A DNA stretch of 64,000 nucleotides, taken from positions 1-64,000 of the IMG/VR virus record IMGVR_UViG_3300030117_006141; one strand, 5' to 3'. This stretch comes from a virus. The number at the start of each line of letters is the position of its first letter. The stretch's first letter is position 1. The notes under the pieces were generated by a model that was not told the origin of the DNA, did not search any database, and worked only from the letters and a program-made list of their open reading frames with translations. Below are positions 39,310-49,777 of this stretch, one piece after another. The position numbers were made by a program, and so were the translations under genes.

Positions 39310-41202
39310 CTAATACGTTGATATCTTACCCGAAATATCTTTTGTCGGGAATCTTAATTCAAATATTGCTGGATCGATTGATGGGTATATTATACCATTT
39401 TTAGTAGCAGTTACTATATCATATTTATTACCCGAGTACCCGGCTGATGCTCTCCATTTATTTTTTATCTCTAGATTTTGAACTGATTGTACTCCTTCAA
39501 CATTTGCTATTTTTGTAATTATTTTGTTAATTGTAATATGTTCTCCAAACTGCCATCTATCTATATCAAAATGGCCTCTAATTACAGATATGCATTTTAA
39601 CAATACCTCATTATTATTATAATTCGGTAAAGGAATGATATCAAAAACTACAGCTATGTTTATTACAAACCCATTTTTTATATTAATAGAATCCGTCAAC
39701 ATTCTGTATGGTGTTAGATATGTTTTTAAGTTTTCTTTGGTAGCTTGATTGACATTAGTTAATATTTTATTTTTATCATATCCTAAAACATATATATTTG
39801 TGGCATTACTGTTTGATACGGATTGATATTCTTCCGAATCAGCTACTTTTTGTAATATAGTATCAGGTGCTACGTATGCTTTAGATATTGAACCATATCT
39901 TGGAGGCATAGAATAAACCCTACCCAAATAATCCTCTTTAGTCACTATTCTATTCTGTGCTTGGAAATATGCCAAAGCATTTCTTTTTATTTCAGATGGT
40001 GTTTCCGGGCCTGATCCTCCCTGTGCTGCTTCCTGATTTTCCACAGCCAATGAATTTTTTACATCATTAAGTAATCCTTCGGATAAGTCAACACTTGCAT
40101 TAGACCAATTAGCAGTTACAACCGAATTGATTGTATTAGCCGAAACATTAGATACTGATCCCCCACCTATTTTATATTTAATGGTTAATGTTGTATTTGA
40201 TGGTGCCTGACCATATGTTTTAGTATGTAAAAAATTAGATGGGTCAAAGGCTCTATCTAATTTACTTACCCCATCCGGATTGTTACCACCAACATTTTCG
40301 GGATTAGGTATGATTAATTCATCTGCAACGGTATTAATTCCCGAACCAAAAACCAATACGGTTTTATTGTTGGGGGTCGTTCTTGTGATAAATCTTTTAG
40401 AAGTCTTTTTTAATTTTAATAAATAAGGTGCGGACCCTGCTCCATCACTTAACACACTATCAATTTCAGATGTATTGTTTCTATCTATAAATACGGTTTC
40501 CTGGGCTAGGTATGGAACCTCATGCCATGTGTTACCTGATGAGTCTTTTACAGATTCTATTTCAACAACATTTGTTTCCGGCAATTCAACTTTTCTGTAT
40601 CGTTGGGTATCATTTCCTATTACAATATCAGTAGATTTTCTAGTCCCGTTTATTGCATTAACATCTTTTTTTACTAAAAAATATGATGGTAATTGGGTTG
40701 TTGAGTTTATCTTATAAACAGTTGTTGTTGTTGGATCTAGTGATGAAGAATGTCTAAAATCAACATCTCTGGTTGTTGTAAATGTTTGATTGGCATCTGA
40801 GGATTGAAATACACTATCCTGAATTAAAGTTGGTGCATATTTCCAATCAGGACTTCCTGCAGTGTTTGCTGGTATAATAATAAAGGTGGTCACTTTAGCT
40901 TGTGATACTTTTGTTGGCGATACTTTATACCCTAACGTAGTTGCCATATTAACAATATTAGATCTTTCCTTTGCAAATGGAAGTAAATTTTCCTTTAATT
41001 GACTATCCATGTAATATGACAAAACGTCACCCACATATGATGCTATTTCTATAAACATCGTTCCAGGTGAAGCTGTCGAAAAATCATTATAAATTGTCGG
41101 GAAATATGTTTTAGCAAATTCCGTAAGATTATTCTTAAAACTATTAAAATCCTTACCTAAATAGTTTATATCTTTATTTTCTATGTCATTATTATAAGCC
41201 AT
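39310..41202 (-). CDS. Baseplate wedge protein, T4 gp6/baseplate-J-like
   Basis: KDFNSFK..L, SYVGDVLSYY, A..LGY, AQGGSGPET and QNRIVTKEDY. Confidence 0.9.
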   Translation of the reverse strand: MAYNNDIENKDINYLGKDFNSFKNNLTEFAKTYFPTIYNDFSTASPGTMFIEIASYVGDVLSYYMDSQLKENLLPFAKERSNIVNMATTLGYKVSPTKVSQAKVTTFIIIPANTAGSPDWKYAPTLIQDSVFQSSDANQTFTTTRDVDFRHSSSLDPTTTTVYKINSTTQLPSYFLVKKDVNAINGTRKSTDIVIGNDTQRYRKVELPETNVVEIESVKDSSGNTWHEVPYLAQETVFIDRNNTSEIDSVLSDGAGSAPYLLKLKKTSKRFITRTTPNNKTVLVFGSGINTVADELIIPNPENVGGNNPDGVSKLDRAFDPSNFLHTKTYGQAPSNTTLTIKYKIGGGSVSNVSANTINSVVTANWSNASVDLSEGLLNDVKNSLAVENQEAAQGGSGPETPSEIKRNALAYFQAQNRIVTKEDYLGRVYSMPPRYGSISKAYVAPDTILQKVADSEEYQSVSNSNATNIYVLGYDKNKILTNVNQATKENLKTYLTPYRMLTDSINIKNGFVINIAVVFDIIPLPNYNNNEVLLKCISVIRGHFDIDRWQFGEHITINKIITKIANVEGVQSVQNLEIKNKWRASAGYSGNKYDIVTATKNGIIYPSIDPAIFELRFPTKDISGKISTY

Positions 41203-41215
41203 AATATTATATTCC

Positions 41216-41869
41216 CTATACTACAAATTCATCATCATCATAACCATTATCTATTTTAACAGGGTCTTCACCATCCTGCCAATTTGCTGGTTTACCGTAG
41301 TTCCAAAGGTTATCACTTGTAGTAGAATATGATGCAAAAATTGGACCATCATTTCTATTCATTAATGTTGTTAATATTTCTTGTATATCTCCCAATACTC
41401 GATATTTAATCTGTATAGTTATTCCATGCCCTTCTTTACCATCTTCATTATATCTATTTACATTCAAAGATATAATTTGGACTCCGATTTGAGTTTCAGT
41501 TTCATATTTTTGAAATGCACCTCTTATTTCTTCTTCTATTAAAGGAACTATTTCCGAGGTGTTTTGTCTAAATAAAAACTTGTGTAAATTGGTTCCAAAT
41601 TCTTTATTACTATATCTTTCACCCTTCTGTGTTAATATTAAGTTAATCAAATCAGATTGTACCGCCTGTGCAGTGCTATATGCTAATTTCATTCCATATG
41701 GACTATGTTCATCAGGGTTAAATGGAAGTGTAATACCAACACCATAATTAGATACTGCATCTTGTATTACTTGTAAGCCACCACCATTTTCTGCTATTCT
41801 TGATTGGTAGGTTGCCGAACTACCATATAGCCGATCATTATTCATTTGCCAATTTGGAACATTAGACAT
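41216..41869 (-). CDS. Baseplate protein, T4 gp25/GPW-like
   Basis: LINLILTQKGER...FGTNL..FLF. Confidence 0.85.
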   Translation of the reverse strand: MSNVPNWQMNNDRLYGSSATYQSRIAENGGGLQVIQDAVSNYGVGITLPFNPDEHSPYGMKLAYSTAQAVQSDLINLILTQKGERYSNKEFGTNLHKFLFRQNTSEIVPLIEEEIRGAFQKYETETQIGVQIISLNVNRYNEDGKEGHGITIQIKYRVLGDIQEILTTLMNRNDGPIFASYSTTSDNLWNYGKPANWQDGEDPVKIDNGYDDDEFVV

Positions 41870-41871
41870 AA

Positions 41872-42351
41872 TTATTTACCTCTCTTTTTATTTACTGCTT
41901 TCATCAAACCACTATAATCCCTAGTTAATGCTTTAGAAACAGCGTCTGGAATTGGTGCACCTTGTCTGTCTGCTGGTACCATTTCTTGTATAGTAGTAGG
42001 TCCTGCATTTTGATTTAATGATGGTAACCCCATTGCAGCTGCTAGTGCTGATTTGCCACCTACTGCATCTGCTGCTGATAATTGTCTTCCAGCAGTCGGA
42101 TAAGCTTGCATATCATTTGCTGTTTCATTTAATAATTCATTTAATGTGGAATTTTTAGTATATTCGACATTTGATTTTGGAGTGGCTTCTGCCTGTCTAT
42201 GCATTTGCACACCATTTTGGATCTGTTCATTAAATGTATCTACACTGTTATCTCTAGGATTTAGAATTTCATTTAGTTCTGTTCTTATAGAACGTCTAAC
42301 TTCCTTTGATACAGTTTCCCTAATTAATTTAACAAATTCATTCTTTTTCAT
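41872..42351 (-). CDS. Hypothetical late protein with VKLIRE..EV leader
   Basis: Has a late promoter at 42370-42378 and a GGAG SD. Confidence 0.6.
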   Translation of the reverse strand: MKKNEFVKLIRETVSKEVRRSIRTELNEILNPRDNSVDTFNEQIQNGVQMHRQAEATPKSNVEYTKNSTLNELLNETANDMQAYPTAGRQLSAADAVGGKSALAAAMGLPSLNQNAGPTTIQEMVPADRQGAPIPDAVSKALTRDYSGLMKAVNKKRGK

Positions 42352-42391
42352 GTTAACTCTCCATTCTAATATAAATATTTGTAACCTTAAA

Positions 42392-44545
42392 TTATCCGTA
42401 AGAAATCCATGGTGTTAATACAGGTCCACCAGGTGTTGGCATCATCCATGTTCCCGTTACGGTTTTTGCGTGCACGTCGAAAACATTAGCTAATGTTCTC
42501 ATTTTATCAGCATTATCCATCTCACTATCTTTATTAAACACTTTAGCTACCGCTTCTACAGCCGGTTCACCATCTAAGGTTTTTAATGATTGTAGTGGTA
42601 ATCCAGGAAAGGTAATCATACCTCCCGGTAATGCTACTTGGCCTGCAGTCCAATAAGTAATTAATCCTACTGATAGTGCCGATGCGATTAATTTTCCCGA
42701 TGGAGTTACTTCTGCTGGTACAGGTGGTTTAGCTATTTTAGTAACAAACGATTTATACCTTTCTAACCTTTCCTCTATCGGTTTCATTTTTTCCTCGATA
42801 CGTGCCTTTGCTTTTTCTAATTTTTTTTCATACTTTTCTAATTTTTTTTGATTCTTTTCCTTTATTTTATCAACTCTTTTCATTATAGCTTTTTTTAACT
42901 GTTCCTCATTAGTAAATGTATCCTTTTCTTCCTTCAGCTTATCAAATCCAGGAATTGTTGGACTTTCAAATGGTTTAGCTCCCTCATCGATTGCGGTCAT
43001 ATAATTTTTAACACCACCCTGTTTTACCAAATCAATTATAGCCATTATTGCTTTACCTCTTGCTATTAATTTTTTTATTTGTTCAATTCGTTTTACAACC
43101 TCTTCTTCCACCTGTTCTTTTAATTTTTTTATTTTGGCTAATAACTCTTTTATCTTTTTTTGTTTCTCCTTGATTATTTTAGCCTTAGCTGTTGGATCCT
43201 TGTCCCCCGGTGGTATCATTTTTTTTAATAATTTTTTTCCTGCAGCAATAGCTTTCTTTTTTATTTCTTTAATTTTGTCTTCGATTTTTTTCTTTAATTC
43301 ATCTATCTTAGCTTGAATCTTTTCTAGTTTAGCTTCTATTTTCTTTTTAGTTTTATCTATCTTGGCTTCCAATTTAGCTGTTTTTCTTTTTAGATCGGGA
43401 TTATTTTTAACAGCATCTACACCTTTCTCCTTTAATTCTTCAACTAATGAAGTTACATCTGGTGGGTCGGGTAACTCGGGTAATTCAAATTCCTTAGATC
43501 TTATATCCAAATTCATCTTCCCAAAACCTAATATGTTACCTCCTGGTAAATTTGGTGGTGGTGGTGGAGAAGGTGGTTTTAATAAATCCTTAAGCGCTGG
43601 TATGTTTTTTGAAAATTCTTTTAATTTATTAATAAATAATTTTAATCCCTTTACCCATGCTACAATTTTAATCCCGTTCGCAACCATTATTTTTATTTTT
43701 TTTACCATTTCCTTAGCTGCGGCTATTTTTTGTTTGGCTAGAGCTATATTAGCCTCAACAGTTTGGACATAACTCATTGAAGCCGCTTTAGCAGTGTCGG
43801 CAGCTAGCTTAGCTTTTTTCATTTGAGCTTCAGCTATTTTTTTAGTTATCTTTTGAGTTACTCTATTTATTAAATCCTTAATTTTCTTTTCTATTTCATC
43901 AAGTTTTTTTTGAATTTTTAATTTTAATGGTTCTAATTTTTTTAATTGTTTCTGTTTTTCTTTTTCTATTTTTTTATTTATTTCTTTTTTAATTTCGGGT
44001 TCTGTTAAATCATCTGCCTTTTCTTTAAGTTTATCGAACCCGGGAATTAAAGGACTTTCGAATTCCTTAGCTCCAGCATCTATTGCTCCCCTATAATCCA
44101 AGGCTTTCGATTTATCATATACATCTTTTATACCCTTTAATTTATCAGCAATCTGTTTACTCTTTTTAATTAAGGGTTCTAATTTTTCCCTTTTCTCATT
44201 TAACTTATCAATTTTATCTTTATTTTTTTTCATAGCTTTAGCTAAGGCCTTTTCCGCTAAAACTAATGGTGGGGTAGTAACTAAATTTAATACCTCGGAT
44301 GCCTTTAATCCTACAAAAAATGATGTTTGGAATAATGGTGTTTTACCCGTTGTCATGGGTGCTGGGGGTGTTGGTCCAGTGGGTGGAAAATTGCAAGCTC
44401 CTGTTTTAATAACAGAATCATAATGTTGGGATATTAATTGACATAGATGTAATGTGCCCTTAACTTGTCCCATATCCATTTGCTGTGCAATTGGTTGTAC
44501 AAAAAGGGCTTCCCAAGCTAATCGTGATTTTATTACTACAGGCAT
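42392..44545 (-). CDS. Lys-rich long coiled-coil protein with an internal duplication, next to the baseplate spike gene
   Basis: Duplicated AID.GAK.FESP.IPGFDKLKE block and a central poly-Pro linker. Confidence 0.65.
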   Translation of the reverse strand: MPVVIKSRLAWEALFVQPIAQQMDMGQVKGTLHLCQLISQHYDSVIKTGACNFPPTGPTPPAPMTTGKTPLFQTSFFVGLKASEVLNLVTTPPLVLAEKALAKAMKKNKDKIDKLNEKREKLEPLIKKSKQIADKLKGIKDVYDKSKALDYRGAIDAGAKEFESPLIPGFDKLKEKADDLTEPEIKKEINKKIEKEKQKQLKKLEPLKLKIQKKLDEIEKKIKDLINRVTQKITKKIAEAQMKKAKLAADTAKAASMSYVQTVEANIALAKQKIAAAKEMVKKIKIMVANGIKIVAWVKGLKLFINKLKEFSKNIPALKDLLKPPSPPPPPNLPGGNILGFGKMNLDIRSKEFELPELPDPPDVTSLVEELKEKGVDAVKNNPDLKRKTAKLEAKIDKTKKKIEAKLEKIQAKIDELKKKIEDKIKEIKKKAIAAGKKLLKKMIPPGDKDPTAKAKIIKEKQKKIKELLAKIKKLKEQVEEEVVKRIEQIKKLIARGKAIMAIIDLVKQGGVKNYMTAIDEGAKPFESPTIPGFDKLKEEKDTFTNEEQLKKAIMKRVDKIKEKNQKKLEKYEKKLEKAKARIEEKMKPIEERLERYKSFVTKIAKPPVPAEVTPSGKLIASALSVGLITYWTAGQVALPGGMITFPGLPLQSLKTLDGEPAVEAVAKVFNKDSEMDNADKMRTLANVFDVHAKTVTGTWMMPTPGGPVLTPWISYG

Positions 44546-44557
44546 TTTATTACTCCA

Positions 44558-45898
44558 TTAAGCCTGATCTTCACCGCTAGATAAAGCATCTGCCAATTTA
44601 TCTTTTATGCTTTGTATAGAAGGACTCGGATTAGCAGTCCCTGGGCCTGTTGCTGTAATAACACTTAGGCCCATAATTTCATCACACAAGTCTTCTAGTA
44701 GTTCTACTAATTTTTCACCATTTATTGCTTTACCACCACCTACTCCATATTTTACTTCCCCTGCGAGTTCTATAACAGGAGCACTAATTGTTATGGTATC
44801 ATTGGATTCAATTACAATATCATTATCAGCAGCTAGCCCAATTCCATTTTTACCAAATAATAATATCTCATCATCCTTTGCAGCAAAAATTATTCTATCG
44901 GATGTTATTATAACCTGTGGGGTTGCTTTTCCAAAATCAGTGTATACGTTTCCTAATCCGTTAGCCTTAATTTGTGATGTTGTCATTACACCAGAGCCGT
45001 CTTCTGTTGCGTCATTTAATAATTCAGATAATGAATTTATGGTCTGTCCATCTGTTAACCATATACTGCTTTTATCATCCTTTAAATTTTCAAACATAGG
45101 AAGCAGTGCTTCGGGACTTGTGTGAATCACATCTCTAGATTCATCACTTTGACCATTTCTTATTATTAATATAGGATCCTCACCAACATTATTTTCATTA
45201 TCAGACCACGGATTGTCCAAATATCCCTTTGTTTCATCCAATTCCTGATAGCCCGATGGGTTTGGTTGTGATGTACTAAATCTAATGCTATTGCCATATC
45301 TACCATTTATTATTGTGTCGCCCTCTAAAGGCTGTAATGGGTATATACTAGATGCTCGGACAAAGGAATATCCATATTTGTTTAATACGAAATCCGCCTG
45401 TTCCGATGTGGGATCCGAATTACTTTCCCTTACATAATTGTCCGCAGGATTTCCCGAACTAAGATTTATATCAGTTTCTAGTACCTGACTTATTGCATTT
45501 TCATTTACAGCATTTTTATAATTAAATGGTCCTATATAATAAAATGCACACATCTTAACATCTCCATCGTGATAATAATCAGATGGGGCTGATGGTCCTT
45601 TAGAGACCAAAACCATTTCCCCCTTTACCGGATATGTGGTCATATTATTTAATGGCATCGCCCATTCCAAATTACTTTCTGGGGTACCTCTATCAGTTTC
45701 GAGTCTTCTAAACTTTACCCAACCTAGTCCTATTTCGGGATTGTTGCCGAGAATATCTTCCCCGTAGTTCATTTTGATATCTACGATCAAAGCTGTTTCC
45801 CAACTTGCAGGTATATTAGTCTTTAGATTAGCTGCATTAGCAGATTCATTTATTCGATTCTGTGCCTGACTCGCGTTCTGTCTGTTCCACTTTGCCAT
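44558..45898 (-). CDS. Baseplate central spike/hub, gp5/gpV-like (no recognisable lysozyme domain)
   Basis: OB-fold-like WAMP..YPVKGEMVLV, EGDTIINGRYGNSIRF, and C-terminal beta-strand repeats. Lies upstream of gp25/gp6. Confidence 0.65.
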   Translation of the reverse strand: MAKWNRQNASQAQNRINESANAANLKTNIPASWETALIVDIKMNYGEDILGNNPEIGLGWVKFRRLETDRGTPESNLEWAMPLNNMTTYPVKGEMVLVSKGPSAPSDYYHDGDVKMCAFYYIGPFNYKNAVNENAISQVLETDINLSSGNPADNYVRESNSDPTSEQADFVLNKYGYSFVRASSIYPLQPLEGDTIINGRYGNSIRFSTSQPNPSGYQELDETKGYLDNPWSDNENNVGEDPILIIRNGQSDESRDVIHTSPEALLPMFENLKDDKSSIWLTDGQTINSLSELLNDATEDGSGVMTTSQIKANGLGNVYTDFGKATPQVIITSDRIIFAAKDDEILLFGKNGIGLAADNDIVIESNDTITISAPVIELAGEVKYGVGGGKAINGEKLVELLEDLCDEIMGLSVITATGPGTANPSPSIQSIKDKLADALSSGEDQA

Positions 45899-46259
45899 CT
45901 ATTTTTTCCTCTTTTTTGGATTCGGGTTCTTTTTCCACTTCAGTAATCGTTTCCATTAATTGTTTTTTCTCATCTTCCGTAAGCAGTAATGCGTCTAATT
46001 CTCCGGAATCATTTCTGGCCATTGCTCGCTGAACTATAGCTGCCATTCTAACTAATGCATCGTCATTCTTTACTGCAACATCCAAATACTCTTTTATAAG
46101 TGGGACTATGATAGTTGCATCACCGATATTTGATATCAGTGGTTTAAGTTCAGATATTAATGTATTTATCTGAATCTCTTTTTTCTTGGAATTTTTGTAT
46201 ATGTCTTCCAATAAATTTGAAAATGATTTGCCCTCAAATAATTCTTTATCAAAACTCAT
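45846..46259 (-). CDS. Helical hypothetical late protein
   Basis: Has its own late promoter at 46276-46284 and a GGGAG SD. Confidence 0.6.
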   Translation of the reverse strand: MSFDKELFEGKSFSNLLEDIYKNSKKKEIQINTLISELKPLISNIGDATIIVPLIKEYLDVAVKNDDALVRMAAIVQRAMARNDSGELDALLLTEDEKKQLMETITEVEKEPESKKEEKIDGKVEQTERESGTESNK

Positions 46260-46300
46260 TAGTTTCTCCCTTTAATATAAATATAGTGGAGGTGAAAATA

Positions 46301-47143
46301 TTAGTTGAGGAATGAAGATTTAGGCATCGTTATCTGACCACGTTTTTCATATTCCAAGTATAGCTCTGCATAACTTTTCTTCAAACAATTTATAACCCTA
46401 GTTATATATAATGTCTTAACGTCAGTCATTTCTCTTATGACTATATATAATGCCTTTTTATTAAAATTTTCTATATTATGTCTCTCCCTGAATAGGGTCA
46501 ATATTGCATCTACTATTTTCAGGTCTCTCTGTTTGGTATATGTATTATACATATGTACCTCCCAATATGATATGAATTGATTCATGAAATTATACTGATC
46601 ATCCATAATACCTTCTCTAACTATCTCATTAGTCAGATCGCGCTGTGTATCTATTTTTAATATAGGGGCTTTATTAATTAATTTTTTATAATTTTTATTA
46701 TTATTAATAATCAAATAGTGTTTAGCCACTATACTAAAATATGAAAATGCCTTACCTTTATCAGGTGTAAACTTGTGCATCTTTTCTAATAGGAAAGAAA
46801 CCACCTCATGTTTAAGTTGTGTTGCTGTACAATTAAAATGATACAACTTAAATGTATGTATTATATTTTCAGATAGTTTAAGAAATGCTTTGTAAATATA
46901 CTCGTTAAATACTTTGTTGCGTAGCCTATCATTTGTATCATTATTATACGCGATAATAGCATCCTGCGTGTCATCAGTAAAATAATATTTTTTCTTAGGC
47001 CGTCCTCTTTTTCTCTTCGACTTCTGATATGCTCTTTTTTCTTCAGGCGATAAAGAGTCATAATATTTTTGTCTTTCCGCTTCTTCCTTAGCCCGCTTTT
47101 CAAGTCTAATATAAAATTGTTCTATAGCCGATTCTTTATTCAT
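46301..47143 (-). CDS. Phage sigma factor, T4 gp55-like (late transcription)
   Basis: KKYYF..., FLLEKMHKFTPDKGKAFSYFSIVAKHYL (sigma region 2-like). N-terminal KRGRP AT-hook-like motif. Confidence 0.75.
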   Translation of the reverse strand: MNKESAIEQFYIRLEKRAKEEAERQKYYDSLSPEEKRAYQKSKRKRGRPKKKYYFTDDTQDAIIAYNNDTNDRLRNKVFNEYIYKAFLKLSENIIHTFKLYHFNCTATQLKHEVVSFLLEKMHKFTPDKGKAFSYFSIVAKHYLIINNNKNYKKLINKAPILKIDTQRDLTNEIVREGIMDDQYNFMNQFISYWEVHMYNTYTKQRDLKIVDAILTLFRERHNIENFNKKALYIVIREMTDVKTLYITRVINCLKKSYAELYLEYEKRGQITMPKSSFLN

Positions 47144-47146
47144 AGA

Positions 47147-47425
47147 TTACTCATTAACCTTCACTATTAAATTTTCTAATGTTTCTATAATTTTTTTTAA
47201 CTCACTATATAATGATCCAACTTCATCATCCTTCTCAAACATTCCCCTTCTATCTATGGAACGTGCTTTTCTTAAAACGTCATTGGTTCTAGTGCTGATA
47301 TCATTCATCCATGTATTCATAAATTCAATATCATCTTCCTGTGCTTCATTTTTTCTGAGCAAATTCCAATTAGCAAATAAACTAACACATAATAGAATGC
47401 TCAATATTATTATAGCAATTAACAT
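47147..47425 (-). CDS. Membrane-anchored coiled-coil protein
   Basis: N-terminal hydrophobic helix. Confidence 0.55.
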   Translation of the reverse strand: MLIAIIILSILLCVSLFANWNLLRKNEAQEDDIEFMNTWMNDISTRTNDVLRKARSIDRRGMFEKDDEVGSLYSELKKIIETLENLIVKVNE

Positions 47426-48183
47426 TATTTATCTCCAAACAAATCACTAAAAATTTTATCAGTATTAATTGATTTTTTAGGATCCGAAATTGTATTAGAT
47501 TTTTTATAAGTGGATTTTGACACAGTCGGGTTATCCGATTTATTTTTTAACCATTTCTCGTATTCAATTCTAGACGCCATCATATCAGCATGGTGCAATA
47601 CATAAGGTAGATTTATTTGTAATCGTGTTGAAGGATTGTAGCCTATAAAATATGGTTTATTGGCATCATCAAACATACCGTCATGTGTTTTGATTCCCAG
47701 GAATTCATTAAAACTATATTTAATACCAAACTGATTTAATAAAAACAGACTCCTATCCGGAACCATAGAGAATGGTACTTCCGGGTTAGGTATGTATAAT
47801 GCGCCCTGATTCTTTCTGTGCCATTCACTAGGGTTTGGAATATATGCAGGTCCCTCCATATCACCTACTTTACCTAAGTCATGATTAAGGGCAGAGAATA
47901 TTAATTCTTCCCGAGTATATCCTTCACATTCCGATCCTAATGTTTTCCATAGCGCGTATGTTTGATCTGCACAGTTTATAACATTTAATACATGATCTAC
48001 GTAACCGCCAATAAAACAATTATGGAAATGTTCCTTAGAACTTGCAGGTGCATACATCATTCTATCTTGCATATGATTATATAATTCTACAAGTTTATCC
48101 TGTCGCTCGCCGCTAAATTCGGTAGCGATACATTCCATTAATTTATTCCAGTTGTCTAATAATTGTTGTTCGTCTAATTTCAT
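47425..48183 (-). CDS. HD-domain metal-dependent phosphohydrolase
   Basis: APAS..H...GGYVDH, HDLGK, HDG and LHHAD. Confidence 0.88.
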   Translation of the reverse strand: MKLDEQQLLDNWNKLMECIATEFSGERQDKLVELYNHMQDRMMYAPASSKEHFHNCFIGGYVDHVLNVINCADQTYALWKTLGSECEGYTREELIFSALNHDLGKVGDMEGPAYIPNPSEWHRKNQGALYIPNPEVPFSMVPDRSLFLLNQFGIKYSFNEFLGIKTHDGMFDDANKPYFIGYNPSTRLQINLPYVLHHADMMASRIEYEKWLKNKSDNPTVSKSTYKKSNTISDPKKSINTDKIFSDLFGDK

Positions 48184-48184
48184 A

Positions 48185-48433
48185 TTATGATTTTTTTTGT
48201 GTAACCCTTAAATATTTTTTACCTATCTGTCTAACTTCGTATCTGAATCCTTGGTTTGTATTTATATTCATTATTTCCAAAAATTCATTTGCCGATTCTT
48301 TGCTATCAAACTCTAATGGATCTCCATGCGAGTCCAACATTAATACAGGCAAGTGTTTTTTCTTTCCAACCTCATTTGTAGTTGGATTGTAATGCCATTT
48401 TATTACAATATAAAATTCATTATGTCTACTCAT
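48185..48433 (-). CDS. Hypothetical protein
   Basis: 82 aa ORF in a tightly packed operon. Confidence 0.55.
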   Translation of the reverse strand: MSRHNEFYIVIKWHYNPTTNEVGKKKHLPVLMLDSHGDPLEFDSKESANEFLEIMNINTNQGFRYEVRQIGKKYLRVTQKKS

Positions 48434-49022
48434 TCGATGCTAATATATCTTCTACCTTATTCCAGTAGCCCATTGTGTATGGGTTATTAATTCCTCTTGG
48501 GCCTCCATTCCAACATCTTGCCATTTCTTCTGCTGTTGTTAATCCATAATATTCACAAAAGATTCTAAACATCTCATGCGATTTTTGTACATCCCACCTG
48601 TCTCCATAAGAATATCTTACATATGATTTTCTTCTTTCTAGAATTCTATTTACATCATCAACCATACACTTTCTAATCTGTAATATACCGACCGCATCTT
48701 CTTTTGGATTATATGCATTTGAATCACCACTACTCTCTACTTCCATTATAGCGTTGATTATATCTATCATATTACGTGCTGGTGGGGTTTCAAATATTTG
48801 ATATCTATTATTAAGTGAATCTAATTGTGACTCGAGTTCTTCCTGATATCTGTTATTAAATTCATCAAGTGCTTCATAGCATTCTACTTCTTCAGTAAGG
48901 GTTTCTATCTTTGTATTCAATCTTTCAATATTTCTGTTATATCTAAATGAGTTTAGAAACATGTATGCCATTAAGACAATCATTATAACAGTAAACGATG
49001 TATTATAATTTTTCTTATTCAT
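48426..49022 (-). CDS. Membrane-anchored lysozyme-like/lytic transglycosylase
   Basis: N-terminal TM and coiled coil, then AIMEVESSG (catalytic Glu), AVGILQI and ARCWNGGP. Confidence 0.82.
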   Translation of the reverse strand: MNKKNYNTSFTVIMIVLMAYMFLNSFRYNRNIERLNTKIETLTEEVECYEALDEFNNRYQEELESQLDSLNNRYQIFETPPARNMIDIINAIMEVESSGDSNAYNPKEDAVGILQIRKCMVDDVNRILERRKSYVRYSYGDRWDVQKSHEMFRIFCEYYGLTTAEEMARCWNGGPRGINNPYTMGYWNKVEDILASNE

Positions 49023-49032
49023 AATTATTTAT

Positions 49033-49290
49033 TTATTCAAATTCACCATATAGGTTATATCTTTTCGGTGGTTCTGGTTCCGGTTCTGATATGTCTTGTT
49101 CGTGGTATATGTATACCTTTCCCTCGCCTGCCTTTATCACATAATCTTTTTCCTTCGTTTGCTGGAAGACCCATTCTATGCCTGCAGTCAATGATTCAAA
49201 TATCGTATTATCATTATCAGCAGGAGTCCATCTATCACCCGGAGGGAATCTCTTTAATACCAATTTTAATTTAATATCTTTTTCTGCCAT
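49033..49290 (-). CDS. Hypothetical protein
   Basis: 85 aa ORF, co-oriented and tightly packed. Confidence 0.55.
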   Translation of the reverse strand: MAEKDIKLKLVLKRFPPGDRWTPADNDNTIFESLTAGIEWVFQQTKEKDYVIKAGEGKVYIYHEQDISEPEPEPPKRYNLYGEFE

Positions 49291-49291
49291 A

Positions 49292-49510
49292 TTAATCTTT
49301 CAATAACCGTTTAATATCTTTTTCTTTTGATGAAGGATTTTCACCAAATGCTTCTTCGATGCTTTTATTATTATATCCCAAAGCACCAGCTAGTCTCTTA
49401 CATATCATTTTGAAATCCCATATATCCAAATTTTCTCTGACGTCCATCTCTATCTTCTGTGCTTCTTTAGAATATGTTCCTCTTGTATAAATGATCTTAT
49501 CCATCTCCAT
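49292..49510 (-). CDS. Hypothetical protein
   Basis: 72 aa ORF, co-oriented. Confidence 0.55.
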   Translation of the reverse strand: MEMDKIIYTRGTYSKEAQKIEMDVRENLDIWDFKMICKRLAGALGYNNKSIEEAFGENPSSKEKDIKRLLKD

Positions 49511-49742
49511 CTCTCCCAGCTAGATAATTTAATGTGGCTCCTATTAAAGCTAAACCCAACACTGATAATAATAATATTTTTAAACAAAATGTATACGTTA
49601 TTTTTGCCATGAACAATCCAAATGAAAAGTTCCACCCTATCATTAATGGTCCTGCTAGCATTGCACAAAAAATAAAAGTACATGCTAATATAAATAATAA
49701 AGCCGTTGCCTTATATACGATTGGTTGTAATTTTTCTTTCAT
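49497..49742 (-). CDS. Small membrane protein
   Basis: Two hydrophobic helices. Host-type promoter immediately upstream. Confidence 0.55.
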   Translation of the reverse strand: MKEKLQPIVYKATALLFILACTFIFCAMLAGPLMIGWNFSFGLFMAKITYTFCLKILLLSVLGLALIGATLNYLAGRDGDG

Positions 49743-49777
49743 ACTATATTATACAAAAATTATTTGAATTATCCAAA

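Noticed and set aside
45846-46259. Small terminase call
   Set aside because: The size and helical pattern are compatible, but there is no diagnostic motif and it is not adjacent to the large subunit.
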